Assembly: GCA_903864915.1 (NCBI GenBank)
Contig: CAIPHS010000007.1
Location: forward strand, 114,933 to 178,932
Source of the DNA: an uncultured Candidatus Woesearchaeota archaeon
GTDB lineage: Archaea > Nanobdellota > Nanobdellia > UBA10117
Reading direction: 5' to 3'
Length of the DNA stretch: 64,000 nucleotides
In this document: positions 1 through 8,716 of the stretch, piece by piece
Numbering within the stretch: position 1 is the stretch's first letter
Layout: each line of letters begins with the position of its first letter
Translations under genes and position numbers: made by a program
The notes under the pieces: generated by a model
Seen by the model: the letters and a program-made list of their open reading frames with translations, nothing else
The model's database searches: none
Told to the model about the DNA's origin: nothing

Positions 1-238
1 CGTAAATCGCTGGATAGGTTTTTGCTTCCTCTTTTATCTGCGCAGCTGTCAGCATCGAAACATTTGTTGTAGAATTTTGGTATGTTCCCTTGAACTGCAG
101 GACATTCTCATCTTTTTCAGATATATTCAAAGCCTTGCTGCTCAAATCTGTGCTTTGCTTGTTACGCAAAGCCACGAACGCAAAAATAAGTATTATTGCA
201 ACCGCAAACACTATGAGGAGTTTGTAGACATTCTTCAT
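1..238 (-). CDS. Partial secreted/membrane-anchored hypothetical protein (runs off window start)
   Basis: Own translation MKNVYKLLIVFAVAIILIFAFVALRNKQSTD... is open to position 1; N-terminal hydrophobic helix; ATG overlaps the TGA of the upstream gene (ATGA). Confidence 0.75.
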   Translation of the reverse strand, partial: MKNVYKLLIVFAVAIILIFAFVALRNKQSTDLSSKALNISEKDENVLQFKGTYQNSTTNVSMLTAAQIKEEAKTYPAIY

Positions 239-441
239 GGCTTCTTCTCCCCCACCCTGACCTGACACTTAGGATTGTCGGCGGCGAGGGGCGGTAGGAT
301 GTGTGATAGCACCTGCTCGGCGGTCATCGGAAAGACACGTCCGGTCGAGCTTGTCTGCTCCCATCCGTCCGCGACCTTGCGGAAGGTCTGCGTGCTGCCG
401 CGCTTGGTTGTGATGTAGATGATGCACTCAGTGTTCTTCAT
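235..441 (-). CDS. Small hypothetical protein, anomalously GC-rich
   Basis: 68 aa ORF, TATA-like element upstream, coupled to the next gene; ~61% GC over 241-420 by manual count. Confidence 0.7.
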   Translation of the reverse strand: MKNTECIIYITTKRGSTQTFRKVADGWEQTSSTGRVFPMTAEQVLSHILPPLAADNPKCQVRVGEKKP

Positions 442-472
442 GACTTTTCAAAGAAGTAACGTTTTAAATAAA

Positions 473-640
473 TTATGCTTTGAATTTTTCCTTATCTTTA
501 ACGTCAATTTCCAGAATCATGTAACCTTCATAGCCACACTTGTCGCAAACCCATTGTTCTGGGAGGAACATGCCTGCCGCAGAGTTTGACAGCCTTATAT
601 CTGGGCTCTTGCATTTCGGACAGATAGAAATCTTAACCAA
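473..640 (-). CDS. Small Zn-ribbon protein (55 aa, not in ORF track)
   Basis: TTG start preceded by GGTGAGG Shine-Dalgarno; MVKISICPKCKSPDIRLSNSAAGMFLPEQWVCDKCGYEGY...; CPxC and CxxCG pairs. Confidence 0.8.
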   Translation of the reverse strand: MVKISICPKCKSPDIRLSNSAAGMFLPEQWVCDKCGYEGYMILEIDVKDKEKFKA

Positions 641-1658
641 CAAACCTCACCTTATTCTTTATATCTAATTTTGCAATTTTATAGTTTTGCTCCTCAATTT
701 CCGCCAGATTATGCTTCCAAACTTTCTCATCTCTTGCAAAAACAATAACTCTGCTGATTGGATCCTTGTGCTTAATCACATAACCAGTCAATTTCACAAT
801 TTCTTTTGCAAACTTCTCCAGTTCCTGCATGGTTGGCATATCCTCTGCCTTCAATCTTTTCCTTGATTCGCCAAGCCAGGTATAACCCTTGAACTCCACA
901 AATTTCGGCTGCGCCATGTTGATTAACTTGGCCCAGCCTTCAGCATCTTTCAGGTTTAGTCCTTTGACCAACGTCATCCTGAAAATCGTCCTGCATTTGA
1001 ATTTTTTCATCAATTCTAATGACTTAAGGACATTTTCCCAGGCATTTTTTATGAATGGATTTGCAATTTTTTCATAATCCGCAGGATTCGTTGCATAAAC
1101 TGAGATGTATAGATTAGTTGGCTCTGCTTTTTTCCTTAATAGTTCCTGCAATCTGCCAGGAACGGTGCCGTTTGTCACAAGGAAAGCAGTCATCCCTCTT
1201 TTCCTGACTTCTTTTATTAGTTCTGCAATTTTCGGATACAAAGTTGGCTCGCCATCCAGAGAAATTGCAAAGTGCACTGGATTCAGAGCTTCCTTATACT
1301 GCTGCAATGTTGTTTTGGAATTGCCCTTCCAGCCACTCATCAAGTCCCTTTGCGCTTCTATTGCTTCATTGATGATTTCTTTTGGATTATCCCACTTGGC
1401 ATGCGATTTGAATCTATCCTTGCCAAATGTTCTCCAGCAGAACTTGCATGAAAACGTGCAGAAATCCAGAGTCGGCGTCATCTGCAGGCATCTGTGTGAA
1501 GAAACGCCATAAACGGACTTGTAACAATTACGCCCGCCGCGCATGACTGATTTTGCCCATCGGCAGACCTCAACTCCGCTATGTTGATGCTCGCCAACAA
1601 CGCGATAGCCAGCGTTCTTGTATTGCTTAAGTCTTTTTTGTGTGAACTTTTTCTGCAT
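633..1658 (-). CDS. taw1: 4-demethylwyosine synthase (radical SAM) Taw1/Tyw1
   Basis: CxW...CYK..YG..SHRC.QMTP, CxxxCxxCWR, HFAISLDGEPT, VTNG and G.SR.RL motifs. Confidence 0.95.
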   Translation of the reverse strand: MQKKFTQKRLKQYKNAGYRVVGEHQHSGVEVCRWAKSVMRGGRNCYKSVYGVSSHRCLQMTPTLDFCTFSCKFCWRTFGKDRFKSHAKWDNPKEIINEAIEAQRDLMSGWKGNSKTTLQQYKEALNPVHFAISLDGEPTLYPKIAELIKEVRKRGMTAFLVTNGTVPGRLQELLRKKAEPTNLYISVYATNPADYEKIANPFIKNAWENVLKSLELMKKFKCRTIFRMTLVKGLNLKDAEGWAKLINMAQPKFVEFKGYTWLGESRKRLKAEDMPTMQELEKFAKEIVKLTGYVIKHKDPISRVIVFARDEKVWKHNLAEIEEQNYKIAKLDIKNKVRFVG

Positions 1659-1688
1659 GATTAGAAATAAAAATTTAAGTTTAAAGGC

Positions 1689-2720
1689 TTAGCGCTTTTG
1701 CAGAATGAGGAATTTTCTAGTCAAACCACCATGCACAAACATGCTTGTTTCAAATATGATTTTCCACTGCTTCTTGTTCATCAGCTTTTTCGCATTTATG
1801 GAATCCGGGTACAAAAGTGCAACAAACTTTTTCTTTTTCAAAATTTTGTGGGCTGAAGACATGAAATCTTTGTATAAAACATTGATGTTCTTGGCCCCAA
1901 TCCTTGTCGACCTGCCATACGGCGGGTCTGTTGCAATTGCATCAACAGAATTTGGTTTCAAAATCTTTGTTAATTTTGTTGCATCGCCTTCCATCAAACG
2001 GGCTTTTACATTGTAAAAAGCAGTATTCTTCCTGCTGCCCTTAATCATTATTGCGTCAAAGTCAACACCGATTGGCTTGCATCCAAGTATCGCGGCTTCT
2101 ATCAAAATTGAACCTGTGCCGCAGAAAGGATCCAGCAAAATATAGCCTTTCTTTGCTCTTGACAAGTTCACAAGCAATCTTGCAAGCTTCGGCTTCAAAG
2201 TGGTTGGATGGAAAGCTGGCTTCTTCATCGGCTCCCTTTTCTTGAAACGGCCTTTGGAAACTTTCCAAAGCATCTTTGTCACATAAATTTCCTTGTTTGT
2301 TATGACAAAAAGCACAGTTGTTTTCGGCTTTTCCATAGAAACTAGTGGAATCTCGCCATCCTTTTTCTGCACAAAATAATCATAAATTGGTCCTGCCAGC
2401 CTTGCCTCGAGCATAGACATCTGATTTCCTGTCAAGTCAATGGCGCGCACGCAAAAAGGGATTTTTACAAAAGCCCACTTGACGTTGCCAAGCTCATTCA
2501 GCGAAAGGGACTTCAGCTTTGTTACCAAAAAAGCTGCAGAGTGCAGGAATGCAGACCTCTCTGCAAGCTCCTTGACTTTGATTTCAGAAAGGCTTGATTC
2601 CAAAATGACAAAATTGTCAAATTTTTTAATTAAAACAAATTTAGAAGGATAAAAAAGTGCAGCTAGCTCTTCTAGGGCCAGCTCTGGATTTTCACCAGAC
2701 AATTCAAACAGGTATTGCAT
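1689..2720 (-). CDS. trm11: tRNA (guanine(10)-N2)-methyltransferase Trm11/TrmG10
   Basis: ELSGEN start, LARLLVNL, LDPFCGTGS SAM-binding motif, TDPPYGR, H..LTR C-terminus. Confidence 0.9.
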   Translation of the reverse strand: MQYLFELSGENPELALEELAALFYPSKFVLIKKFDNFVILESSLSEIKVKELAERSAFLHSAAFLVTKLKSLSLNELGNVKWAFVKIPFCVRAIDLTGNQMSMLEARLAGPIYDYFVQKKDGEIPLVSMEKPKTTVLFVITNKEIYVTKMLWKVSKGRFKKREPMKKPAFHPTTLKPKLARLLVNLSRAKKGYILLDPFCGTGSILIEAAILGCKPIGVDFDAIMIKGSRKNTAFYNVKARLMEGDATKLTKILKPNSVDAIATDPPYGRSTRIGAKNINVLYKDFMSSAHKILKKKKFVALLYPDSINAKKLMNKKQWKIIFETSMFVHGGLTRKFLILQKR

Positions 2721-2887
2721 CAGCGTTTCTTGCGTATATCCAGCTTGTGCATTATCTTGTCAAGGTGCTCTTCCATTCTTTCTATGCGCCTATCTATTAC
2801 AACAATGTACTTCAAGCTCCAGATAACACCTACTAACAAACCTAAAACTGTAGCCCAAATTACAAGTGTTCCTGCATCCATTGCCAT
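2720..2887 (-). CDS. Small single-TM plus coiled-coil protein (55 aa, not in ORF track)
   Basis: MAMDAGTLVIWATVLGLLVGVIWSLKYIVVIDRRIERMEEHLDKIMHKLDIRKKR; stop overlaps the trm11 ATG; fills the sepF-trm11 gap. Confidence 0.75.
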   Translation of the reverse strand: MAMDAGTLVIWATVLGLLVGVIWSLKYIVVIDRRIERMEEHLDKIMHKLDIRKKR

Positions 2888-2925
2888 AATTAAATAAAAA
2901 AGAAGGGGTATAAAAAGGTGTGTTA

Positions 2926-3342
2926 CTACAATTCCTCGTCAAGAGAAGCGTCTTCGCCTGGGAGCTTTTCTGCTGGCTTGTTCTGGCCTGCTCTCCAGAC
3001 TTTTGCGAAGCTTGGTGTGACGACTAGGAAATTCTCGCCGAAACCGGCAATATCCCCTTGGTTCGCCTCGACAGTCTTCTTTATCTTGTCGATTGCCCTT
3101 TTGAGTTCCGCTAGGTCCTTATCTTTCAAGGGTTCTATGTTTATGATTGAAATAGTAAAACCTTCCCTCACGCCAAGTAAGATTTCCTTTATGTCTTCAA
3201 ATTTCTCCAACGTAAAGGGCCTTACCACTACCTTTGAAGGCTGGTCTTTTATATCGGCTTCGAGTTCAACGTAATCTTCGCCAAGCTCAACGTCAGATTC
3301 TTTGGTTGTAAAAGTTTTCTTTAGACTATCAAATATTCCCAT
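2926..3342 (-). CDS. sepF: Cell division protein SepF (DUF552)
   Basis: N-terminal amphipathic MGIFDSLKK, EDYVEL, REG..IINI..L, GDIAG....VVTP. Confidence 0.9.
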   Translation of the reverse strand: MGIFDSLKKTFTTKESDVELGEDYVELEADIKDQPSKVVVRPFTLEKFEDIKEILLGVREGFTISIINIEPLKDKDLAELKRAIDKIKKTVEANQGDIAGFGENFLVVTPSFAKVWRAGQNKPAEKLPGEDASLDEEL

Positions 3343-3502
3343 TGTGTACCTCTGTTTTTACTGATGAATTACACAACAATATAAGCTTTTTGATATCGCA
3401 GCATCTAATTGAATTACGAAAGCAAAATATCCCAAACAAAACAATACAGCTATTTACAATATGGCAAGCTTTAAAAAACTATTAGTTTAGTTGAGTATAC
3501 AA

Positions 3503-4276
3503 ATGACACTCGATTGTATTATTGCTGGAAAAGACTGTAAAAAAACTTGGATGCTTGGCTCTCAAGATGTCAGAAGCATGCAAGGTGCCGAAGCCTCTGA
3601 TAACACGCGAAAAATAGAGATGCTTGCACAAAATATAATTTTCGCCAGCGCCGGCACGCTAAACACTTCTTATGATGCATTCTTGAATGCGAAACGAGAT
3701 ATTGCTCAGTATACGCAACCGATGGTTAAAGAGACCGCATACAGTGTTTACACTCAATTACAAAAAGAAATAGACCACAAAACATTCAGAGGACAAAAAA
3801 GAAGCTCAACAGAATCATTAAATGTCGGTGTTATGGTTGCAGGCATAGACGCTTTCGGTCCAGCCATTTATGCAATAGATGTTAACGTTATAGGAAACTC
3901 GGATATTTATCGCGTGGTTGTGCCTTTCTGCAACATGGGCACAGGTTCTAAAACTGCAGATCCTACAATTAAGAAATGGATTCAGCACTTCGGTGGCCCA
4001 AATTATGAAACTCCATGCGACTGTATAGAAATGCCGATGGAAAAAGGCATCGAATGTTTAACATATGCACATTTGGAAGCAGCCGAATTCACACCTACAG
4101 TCAGCCCGATATTCAAGATTCTCTATTTGGAAGCAGGGCCTGATGGATTCAAGTCTGGCAAAGTGGATGCTTTGCCGATGAGAAAAATGAAGAAAATGTT
4201 AGAAGCAGACAGGAAATACTTAAAGATGAAACTTGATAATCCTGGTTTTGTTAAAAACTTCCTTAAGCAGAACTAA
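3503..4276 (+). CDS. Divergent proteasome-beta-like Ntn hydrolase
   Basis: Met-Thr start; QDVRS, RKI, SAG, VMVAGID..GP.IY.ID and MGTGS match the 20S subunit fold. Confidence 0.7.
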   Translation: MTLDCIIAGKDCKKTWMLGSQDVRSMQGAEASDNTRKIEMLAQNIIFASAGTLNTSYDAFLNAKRDIAQYTQPMVKETAYSVYTQLQKEIDHKTFRGQKRSSTESLNVGVMVAGIDAFGPAIYAIDVNVIGNSDIYRVVVPFCNMGTGSKTADPTIKKWIQHFGGPNYETPCDCIEMPMEKGIECLTYAHLEAAEFTPTVSPIFKILYLEAGPDGFKSGKVDALPMRKMKKMLEADRKYLKMKLDNPGFVKNFLKQN

Positions 4277-5882
4277 ACCTGATTTCTGCCTTCCTTATCA
4301 AAGCGTCCAAAGCTATCCTTCCCAGCTTTGACTTCTTGTGCAGCTTGACTTCCCCGCTTCTTGGAACAGACAGCCTTGCAACTTGCTTGCCATCCACTTC
4401 AAGCGTGACTTCTTTGACATTTCTTGAAAAGTAGAAACTGATGTATTTCTTTTCTTCATTTACCTTAAAGCTAATTGCGCCGGCGTGCATCGTGCCGCCA
4501 TGTGCTGGGGATTCTCGTCCCCTTTTCTTGATTGGCACAATCACTGTCTGCTCGCCGTAAGTATACATTTCAAATTCCAATTCATTTGTATCGAAATCCC
4601 TTACTTCAACAACAGGCCTTGCCAAGTCTGCTTCTACCATGCCTGTCGGCACTTTGACTTTCATGCTCAGTTCTAGAACCCTTCCAATAGCTCCATTCTC
4701 TATGAAAATTACTGTGTCTATAATAGATGGCATCATGCCCAATTCCACACGGCCAACAAAACGTTGCACCGCATCAATCGGGTTTGTAGCGTGAACAACG
4801 CCAACAAGGCCAATTCCTGCCAATCTCAAATCAGCATAAAGCCTGAAGTCCTCAGTTACACGCATTTCATCAAAAAAAGTGTAATCTGGCCTTGTCAAAA
4901 GCAGGACATTATGAATGTCATCCCTGTTTCCCAGATTTTTAGAGTACTGCACAACTTCATCCGGAACCTGCAAGTCCCTCGGGCTCTCAATCGTCTTCAC
5001 AATTTTTCCGTCTTTCAAATATAATTTTGCAAGTGCAGATGCAAATGTAGTCTTGCCAGAACCAGGAGCTCCTGAAATCAGTATTCCTGCAGCGCCTTTT
5101 TCCAATCTTTCCTGCAACTTTGGCGACAAATTATAATCTTTAGTTTCTAAAATCACAATTGGCTTGACTGCTGTCAGCTCCCAGCCGTCTGCAAACGGCG
5201 GTTTTGTAATTACTATCCTGTAATTCTTGAACTGCACAATTGTAACGCCAGAATTGTTCAATTCGATGAAAGCATTCTCGGAAATCTTTGTCTTTTCTAT
5301 AATATCAGATGTTAGTAATCTTATATCGTGGCCTGTTAACGGTGTTTTCTGCAGCATCTCAAATTTCCAGTCGCCCGGCTTGCCCCTTTTTGCAAAAGGC
5401 AACGTGTTTTCCTTAATATGGACAGACATGGTCTTGTCATCAAAGAACTTCTCAATCTCCAGCTTGCCAACAGTCTTGTTCGGCAAAGGCGCCAGGAGCA
5501 TCGTAGCAACGCCCATGGCTTCTGCTACAAGCGATTGCACCCTGTCTGCTGTGATTAAAATTGCCTTTTTCTGCACGGCAACTTCACGTATGAGATCATC
5601 CATCGCTCCCTGTCTTGCGCCTTTTATGTAGGCCTCGACAGGCTTCTGGCCTGCATACTCAAGAGAAATAATCTTATCTTCAGCCAGTTTCCTCAGCTCC
5701 TTAATTTCTTCCAACCCAAGAAAGCCTTCGGACTGGTTTGTGTTTGCCTGGTGCTCTAATTCCGCAAGAACTGCAAGAGGTATGACTATCTTGCCTTTAA
5801 TCTTCTCTTTTTTAATCAGGTCCGAAACTTGCCGTTCAATCAGAATGGAAGTATCGACGACGTACACTTCTTCTTTGTTCAT
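4263..5882 (-). CDS. pina: PIN-domain/VirB11-like ATPase PINA (MJ1533 family)
   Basis: VDTS PIN start, ELEHQAN, Walker A GAPGSGKTT, ESPRDL, RPDYTFFDEMR, GVVHA, KVP.GM.E.DLARPV. Confidence 0.9.
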   Translation of the reverse strand: MNKEEVYVVDTSILIERQVSDLIKKEKIKGKIVIPLAVLAELEHQANTNQSEGFLGLEEIKELRKLAEDKIISLEYAGQKPVEAYIKGARQGAMDDLIREVAVQKKAILITADRVQSLVAEAMGVATMLLAPLPNKTVGKLEIEKFFDDKTMSVHIKENTLPFAKRGKPGDWKFEMLQKTPLTGHDIRLLTSDIIEKTKISENAFIELNNSGVTIVQFKNYRIVITKPPFADGWELTAVKPIVILETKDYNLSPKLQERLEKGAAGILISGAPGSGKTTFASALAKLYLKDGKIVKTIESPRDLQVPDEVVQYSKNLGNRDDIHNVLLLTRPDYTFFDEMRVTEDFRLYADLRLAGIGLVGVVHATNPIDAVQRFVGRVELGMMPSIIDTVIFIENGAIGRVLELSMKVKVPTGMVEADLARPVVEVRDFDTNELEFEMYTYGEQTVIVPIKKRGRESPAHGGTMHAGAISFKVNEEKKYISFYFSRNVKEVTLEVDGKQVARLSVPRSGEVKLHKKSKLGRIALDALIRKAEIRFSSA

Positions 5883-5888
5883 AGGACA

Positions 5889-6236
5889 TCAAGCTGGCCC
5901 GTAGGCCCTCTTGACCACGTCCAAAAACGCCTTGGTGGCTTTATAAGCGTTTTCGGCATCCGCCCGCATGATTAAAGGCCTGATGGAAAGTTTCCATAAA
6001 TCCAAATATGCCTCGGCAAAACTCTTCTCTTCCTTGTTCCCCAAAGATAGTTTCTGGCTTGCCAAAATAGGGCTTATGTTAGCTGTTTTTGGCAGTTTCA
6101 GGTGAAGCGTGACCAGCGTGTTGGCTGCCTGCAGTATATGCTTAACAGCAGCTTCAGGATAGCAGGGCTCCCTGTGAAGAAGGTAGTCCGCAAACCTCAG
6201 CTTTTCCTCAACCTCTACAAATTCATGGCTTAACAT
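5889..6236 (-). CDS. Hypothetical helical (HEPN-like) protein
   Basis: KLRFADYLL..AVKHILQA pattern; resembles the adjacent gene. Confidence 0.6.
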   Translation of the reverse strand: MLSHEFVEVEEKLRFADYLLHREPCYPEAAVKHILQAANTLVTLHLKLPKTANISPILASQKLSLGNKEEKSFAEAYLDLWKLSIRPLIMRADAENAYKATKAFLDVVKRAYGPA

Positions 6237-6245
6237 TTTTAACTA

Positions 6246-6743
6246 TTAAACGGAAGTCCGATTCTGCAAACTTTCGGTTTGCACTATTCTTGTAACATCT
6301 GCAACAAACTTTTTCGTCCTGTTCGAGCATTTTTTGACCAATTCCAGGTCAAGGACTGACATGCTATACTCTGATGTGGAGAGTATATACTTATCGCCCT
6401 TCTTGAACTTAAACATCGATTCCTTGTCAAATTTCTGTATGTCCATCAGCTTCTGGAATAGCCTGAAGTATCTTACATCCATCTTATACCTTTGTTCAAC
6501 CTTATTCTTGTAAATGCTTATTTCGGAGACGAATGTCTTGTTGTACGCATCAATCCTCTTGTAATAATACTCATATTCAAGCATAGATTGTACTGCAAGC
6601 CGCGCCGCACAGGTGACACGCTCCATTATCGACAAGAGAAACTTCATCTCCTGAACAAGCGGATAGGTGACATAGAGCATATGGTCTGCAAGCTCTATCT
6701 GCTTCCCAGCCTGCTGAAGCAGGTCTTTATACAGCTCCCCCAT
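6246..6743 (-). CDS. Conserved DPANN-type helical (HEPN-like) protein
   Basis: ADHMLYVTYPLVQE.K.L motif; start refined to MGELYK. Confidence 0.65.
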   Translation of the reverse strand: MGELYKDLLQQAGKQIELADHMLYVTYPLVQEMKFLLSIMERVTCAARLAVQSMLEYEYYYKRIDAYNKTFVSEISIYKNKVEQRYKMDVRYFRLFQKLMDIQKFDKESMFKFKKGDKYILSTSEYSMSVLDLELVKKCSNRTKKFVADVTRIVQTESLQNRTSV

Positions 6744-6835
6744 TGAAAATGGACTAGCGAAAAGCATTGGCTTTTCAGCGCTGCCCATTAGCACCCCATT
6801 AGATTAAAAAAGGGTAAGCATAAAGCCTTTTTGAT

Positions 6836-6923
6836 GCCTCCGTAGCTCAGCGGTAGAGCGCCCGTTTCGTACCAGATATTGCGAAAGAACGGGAGGCCGT
6901 AGGTTCAATCCCTGCCGGGGGCA
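6836..6923 (+). tRNA. tRNA-Thr(CGT) with 16-nt intron at 37/38 (6872-6887); CCA not encoded
   Basis: Acceptor GCCTCCG/CGGGGGC, D arm GCTC/GAGC, anticodon stem CCCGT/ACGGG, T arm GTAGG-TTCAATC-CCTGC; canonical BHB with central helix TTCG/CGAA. Confidence 0.95.
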
Positions 6924-6932
6924 GTTCATAAC

Positions 6933-7175
6933 ATGAAAATTCAGCAAAGTGTTAAGGCATTTGAAAAAAAGCTTGGTTTTAACAAAACACCAAAAGAGCA
7001 GATAATGAAGTTCTTTCAAAAGGATGCTAAATTTATCAAGAAAGGCAAGCGCCTAAGGCACAAAACCCTTGATGTTTTCTTTGAAATCATACAATTAGCA
7101 AATAGACTACATATCAATTTAGAAAAAGATATTCAAAAGCACATGAAAGAAGCTGAGGTCAAGTATCGGAAATGA
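6933..7175 (+). CDS. Degenerate MazG-like all-alpha NTP pyrophosphatase
   Basis: DVFF.IIQLAN.L.INLE....K.M....KY matches the MazG C-terminal half, but the EExxE acidic motif is absent. Confidence 0.55.
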   Translation: MKIQQSVKAFEKKLGFNKTPKEQIMKFFQKDAKFIKKGKRLRHKTLDVFFEIIQLANRLHINLEKDIQKHMKEAEVKYRK

Positions 7176-7216
7176 AACCGTTTGACGCGCGTGGAAATCT
7201 GTCCCGGGGCACTCGT

Positions 7217-7939
7217 ATGAACAAAATAAAAGTGCAACACAAAAGAAAGTTATTGTCACTAATTAAGCTTGCAATATTATATGAGATTGCTCTACTCTTA
7301 GTGACTTTAGACAAGGTGCCCGAATCCGAAGTTGCACTTCATAGCTACAAATTTAAGTGCAGGCGCAAGACAACCGATTATGTACACCTCACCAAATACT
7401 ATGAAGCTGAAACAACTGAATTCTTGCTGAATAAAAAAGGTGACTTTTTTGTAGACGTAGGGGCACATATCGGCAGATATTCCGTTTTGTTATCTAAGAA
7501 TTTCAAAAAGGTAGTTGCATTTGAGCCGGTCAAGAGTACTTTTAATCAGCTTAACACAAATGTTTCGATGAACTGTTTAAATAATGTCAAATTGGTAAAT
7601 GCTGCTGCATACGAAAAAGCGGGCAATAAAATAATTCACTGTGAGCTGAATTTGGGCAGCTCTTCTTTTTATACTAAATCGCGCAAAACAGAACGGATTA
7701 AAACCATTGCGTTAGACAACATTGTACGAAAGGCGGATCTAATCAAAATCGATGTTGAGGGTGCAGAATTGCATGCCTTAAAAGGTGCTAAACAACTTTT
7801 AACAAATAATAACCCCATTTTAGTCATAGAATCCTTTAATGTCAATCCAATCAAAAATTATTTGAAGAAATTTGGCTACTCCATAACGGATAGATTAGAC
7901 CATACTAATTTCGTATTCGAAAAAAACTGCCCGTGGTAA
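7217..7939 (+). CDS. FkbM family methyltransferase
   Basis: YE.ET, FVDVGAHIG.YS, VAFEP, LIKIDVEGAE..L.G motifs; start could be 7172 or 7217. Confidence 0.9.
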   Translation: MNKIKVQHKRKLLSLIKLAILYEIALLLVTLDKVPESEVALHSYKFKCRRKTTDYVHLTKYYEAETTEFLLNKKGDFFVDVGAHIGRYSVLLSKNFKKVVAFEPVKSTFNQLNTNVSMNCLNNVKLVNAAAYEKAGNKIIHCELNLGSSSFYTKSRKTERIKTIALDNIVRKADLIKIDVEGAELHALKGAKQLLTNNNPILVIESFNVNPIKNYLKKFGYSITDRLDHTNFVFEKNCPW

Positions 7940-7945
7940 GTTGAT

Positions 7946-8716
7946 ATGAAACCTTTCGATGTGCACTGCCATCTTTATGACGAAAGCTTTGACAAAGATA
8001 GAGCCAATGTAATTGAAAGGGCGAAGAAAGTCCTTTCAGGCATTGTTGACGTTGGTGAAGAACCTGAATCAAACAGGAAAGTTCTCGAATTATGCAAAAA
8101 ATATCCAACATTTATTTTCCCAGGGCTGGCAATCCATCCCGCAAAAGTCCATTTGCTGACAGACAAAGAGATAGATGCTGAAATTTCCTTCATCAGGAAG
8201 CAAAAGAATCTTGTTTGCATCGGCGAATGCGGCCTGGATTACATGTGGGCTGAAAAATCAGGCGATTTTGATAAGACTAAGAAAAGGCAGCAGGAAACTT
8301 TTAGAAAAATGATAGACTTGGCAAATGACATGAACTTGCCAGTAAACACTCATTCACGCAGGGCAACCTCAGCAGTTATAGACTTGCTGAAGAAATACAA
8401 AGCAAAGAAAGCAATTCTTCACGGTTTTTCAGGCAAAATTGAGGAAGCCAGGGAAGCTGTAAAGCTTGGCTACAAAATTGCAGTAGGTGCGAACATATCT
8501 AATTGGACAGAAACGCTGGAATATCTTAAAGAATTTCCGCTCAGCACGTTTGTTTTGCACACAGATTCACCAGTCATGGGCCCTGTGAAGGGTGAAAGAA
8601 ATGAGCCTGCAAACATTTCCTTGGTTGTAAAGGAAATTGCTAAAATAAAGAAAATTCCGGAAGAAAAAGTTATAGAAATAACGAACAAAAACGTAAAAGA
8701 ACTGTTTGGAATCTAG
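7946..8716 (+). CDS. tatD: TatD family DNase
   Basis: DVHCHL, IHP, IGECGLDY, HSR.A, ILH.F, TDSP, RNEP. Confidence 0.95.
   Translation: MKPFDVHCHLYDESFDKDRANVIERAKKVLSGIVDVGEEPESNRKVLELCKKYPTFIFPGLAIHPAKVHLLTDKEIDAEISFIRKQKNLVCIGECGLDYMWAEKSGDFDKTKKRQQETFRKMIDLANDMNLPVNTHSRRATSAVIDLLKKYKAKKAILHGFSGKIEEAREAVKLGYKIAVGANISNWTETLEYLKEFPLSTFVLHTDSPVMGPVKGERNEPANISLVVKEIAKIKKIPEEKVIEITNKNVKELFGI

Noticed and set aside
6872-6887. tRNA intron as a novelty
   Set aside because: Canonical 37/38 position with a strict BHB motif; ordinary for archaea
6804-7019. 71-aa minus-strand ORF
   Set aside because: It is the antisense translation of tRNA-Thr (CPRQGLNLRP is typical tRNA shadow sequence)
7195-7212. 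AATCTGTCCCGGGGCA resembling the tRNA 3' end (possible attR)
   Set aside because: Short, imperfect match and no integrase; kept only as weak context for the FkbM finding
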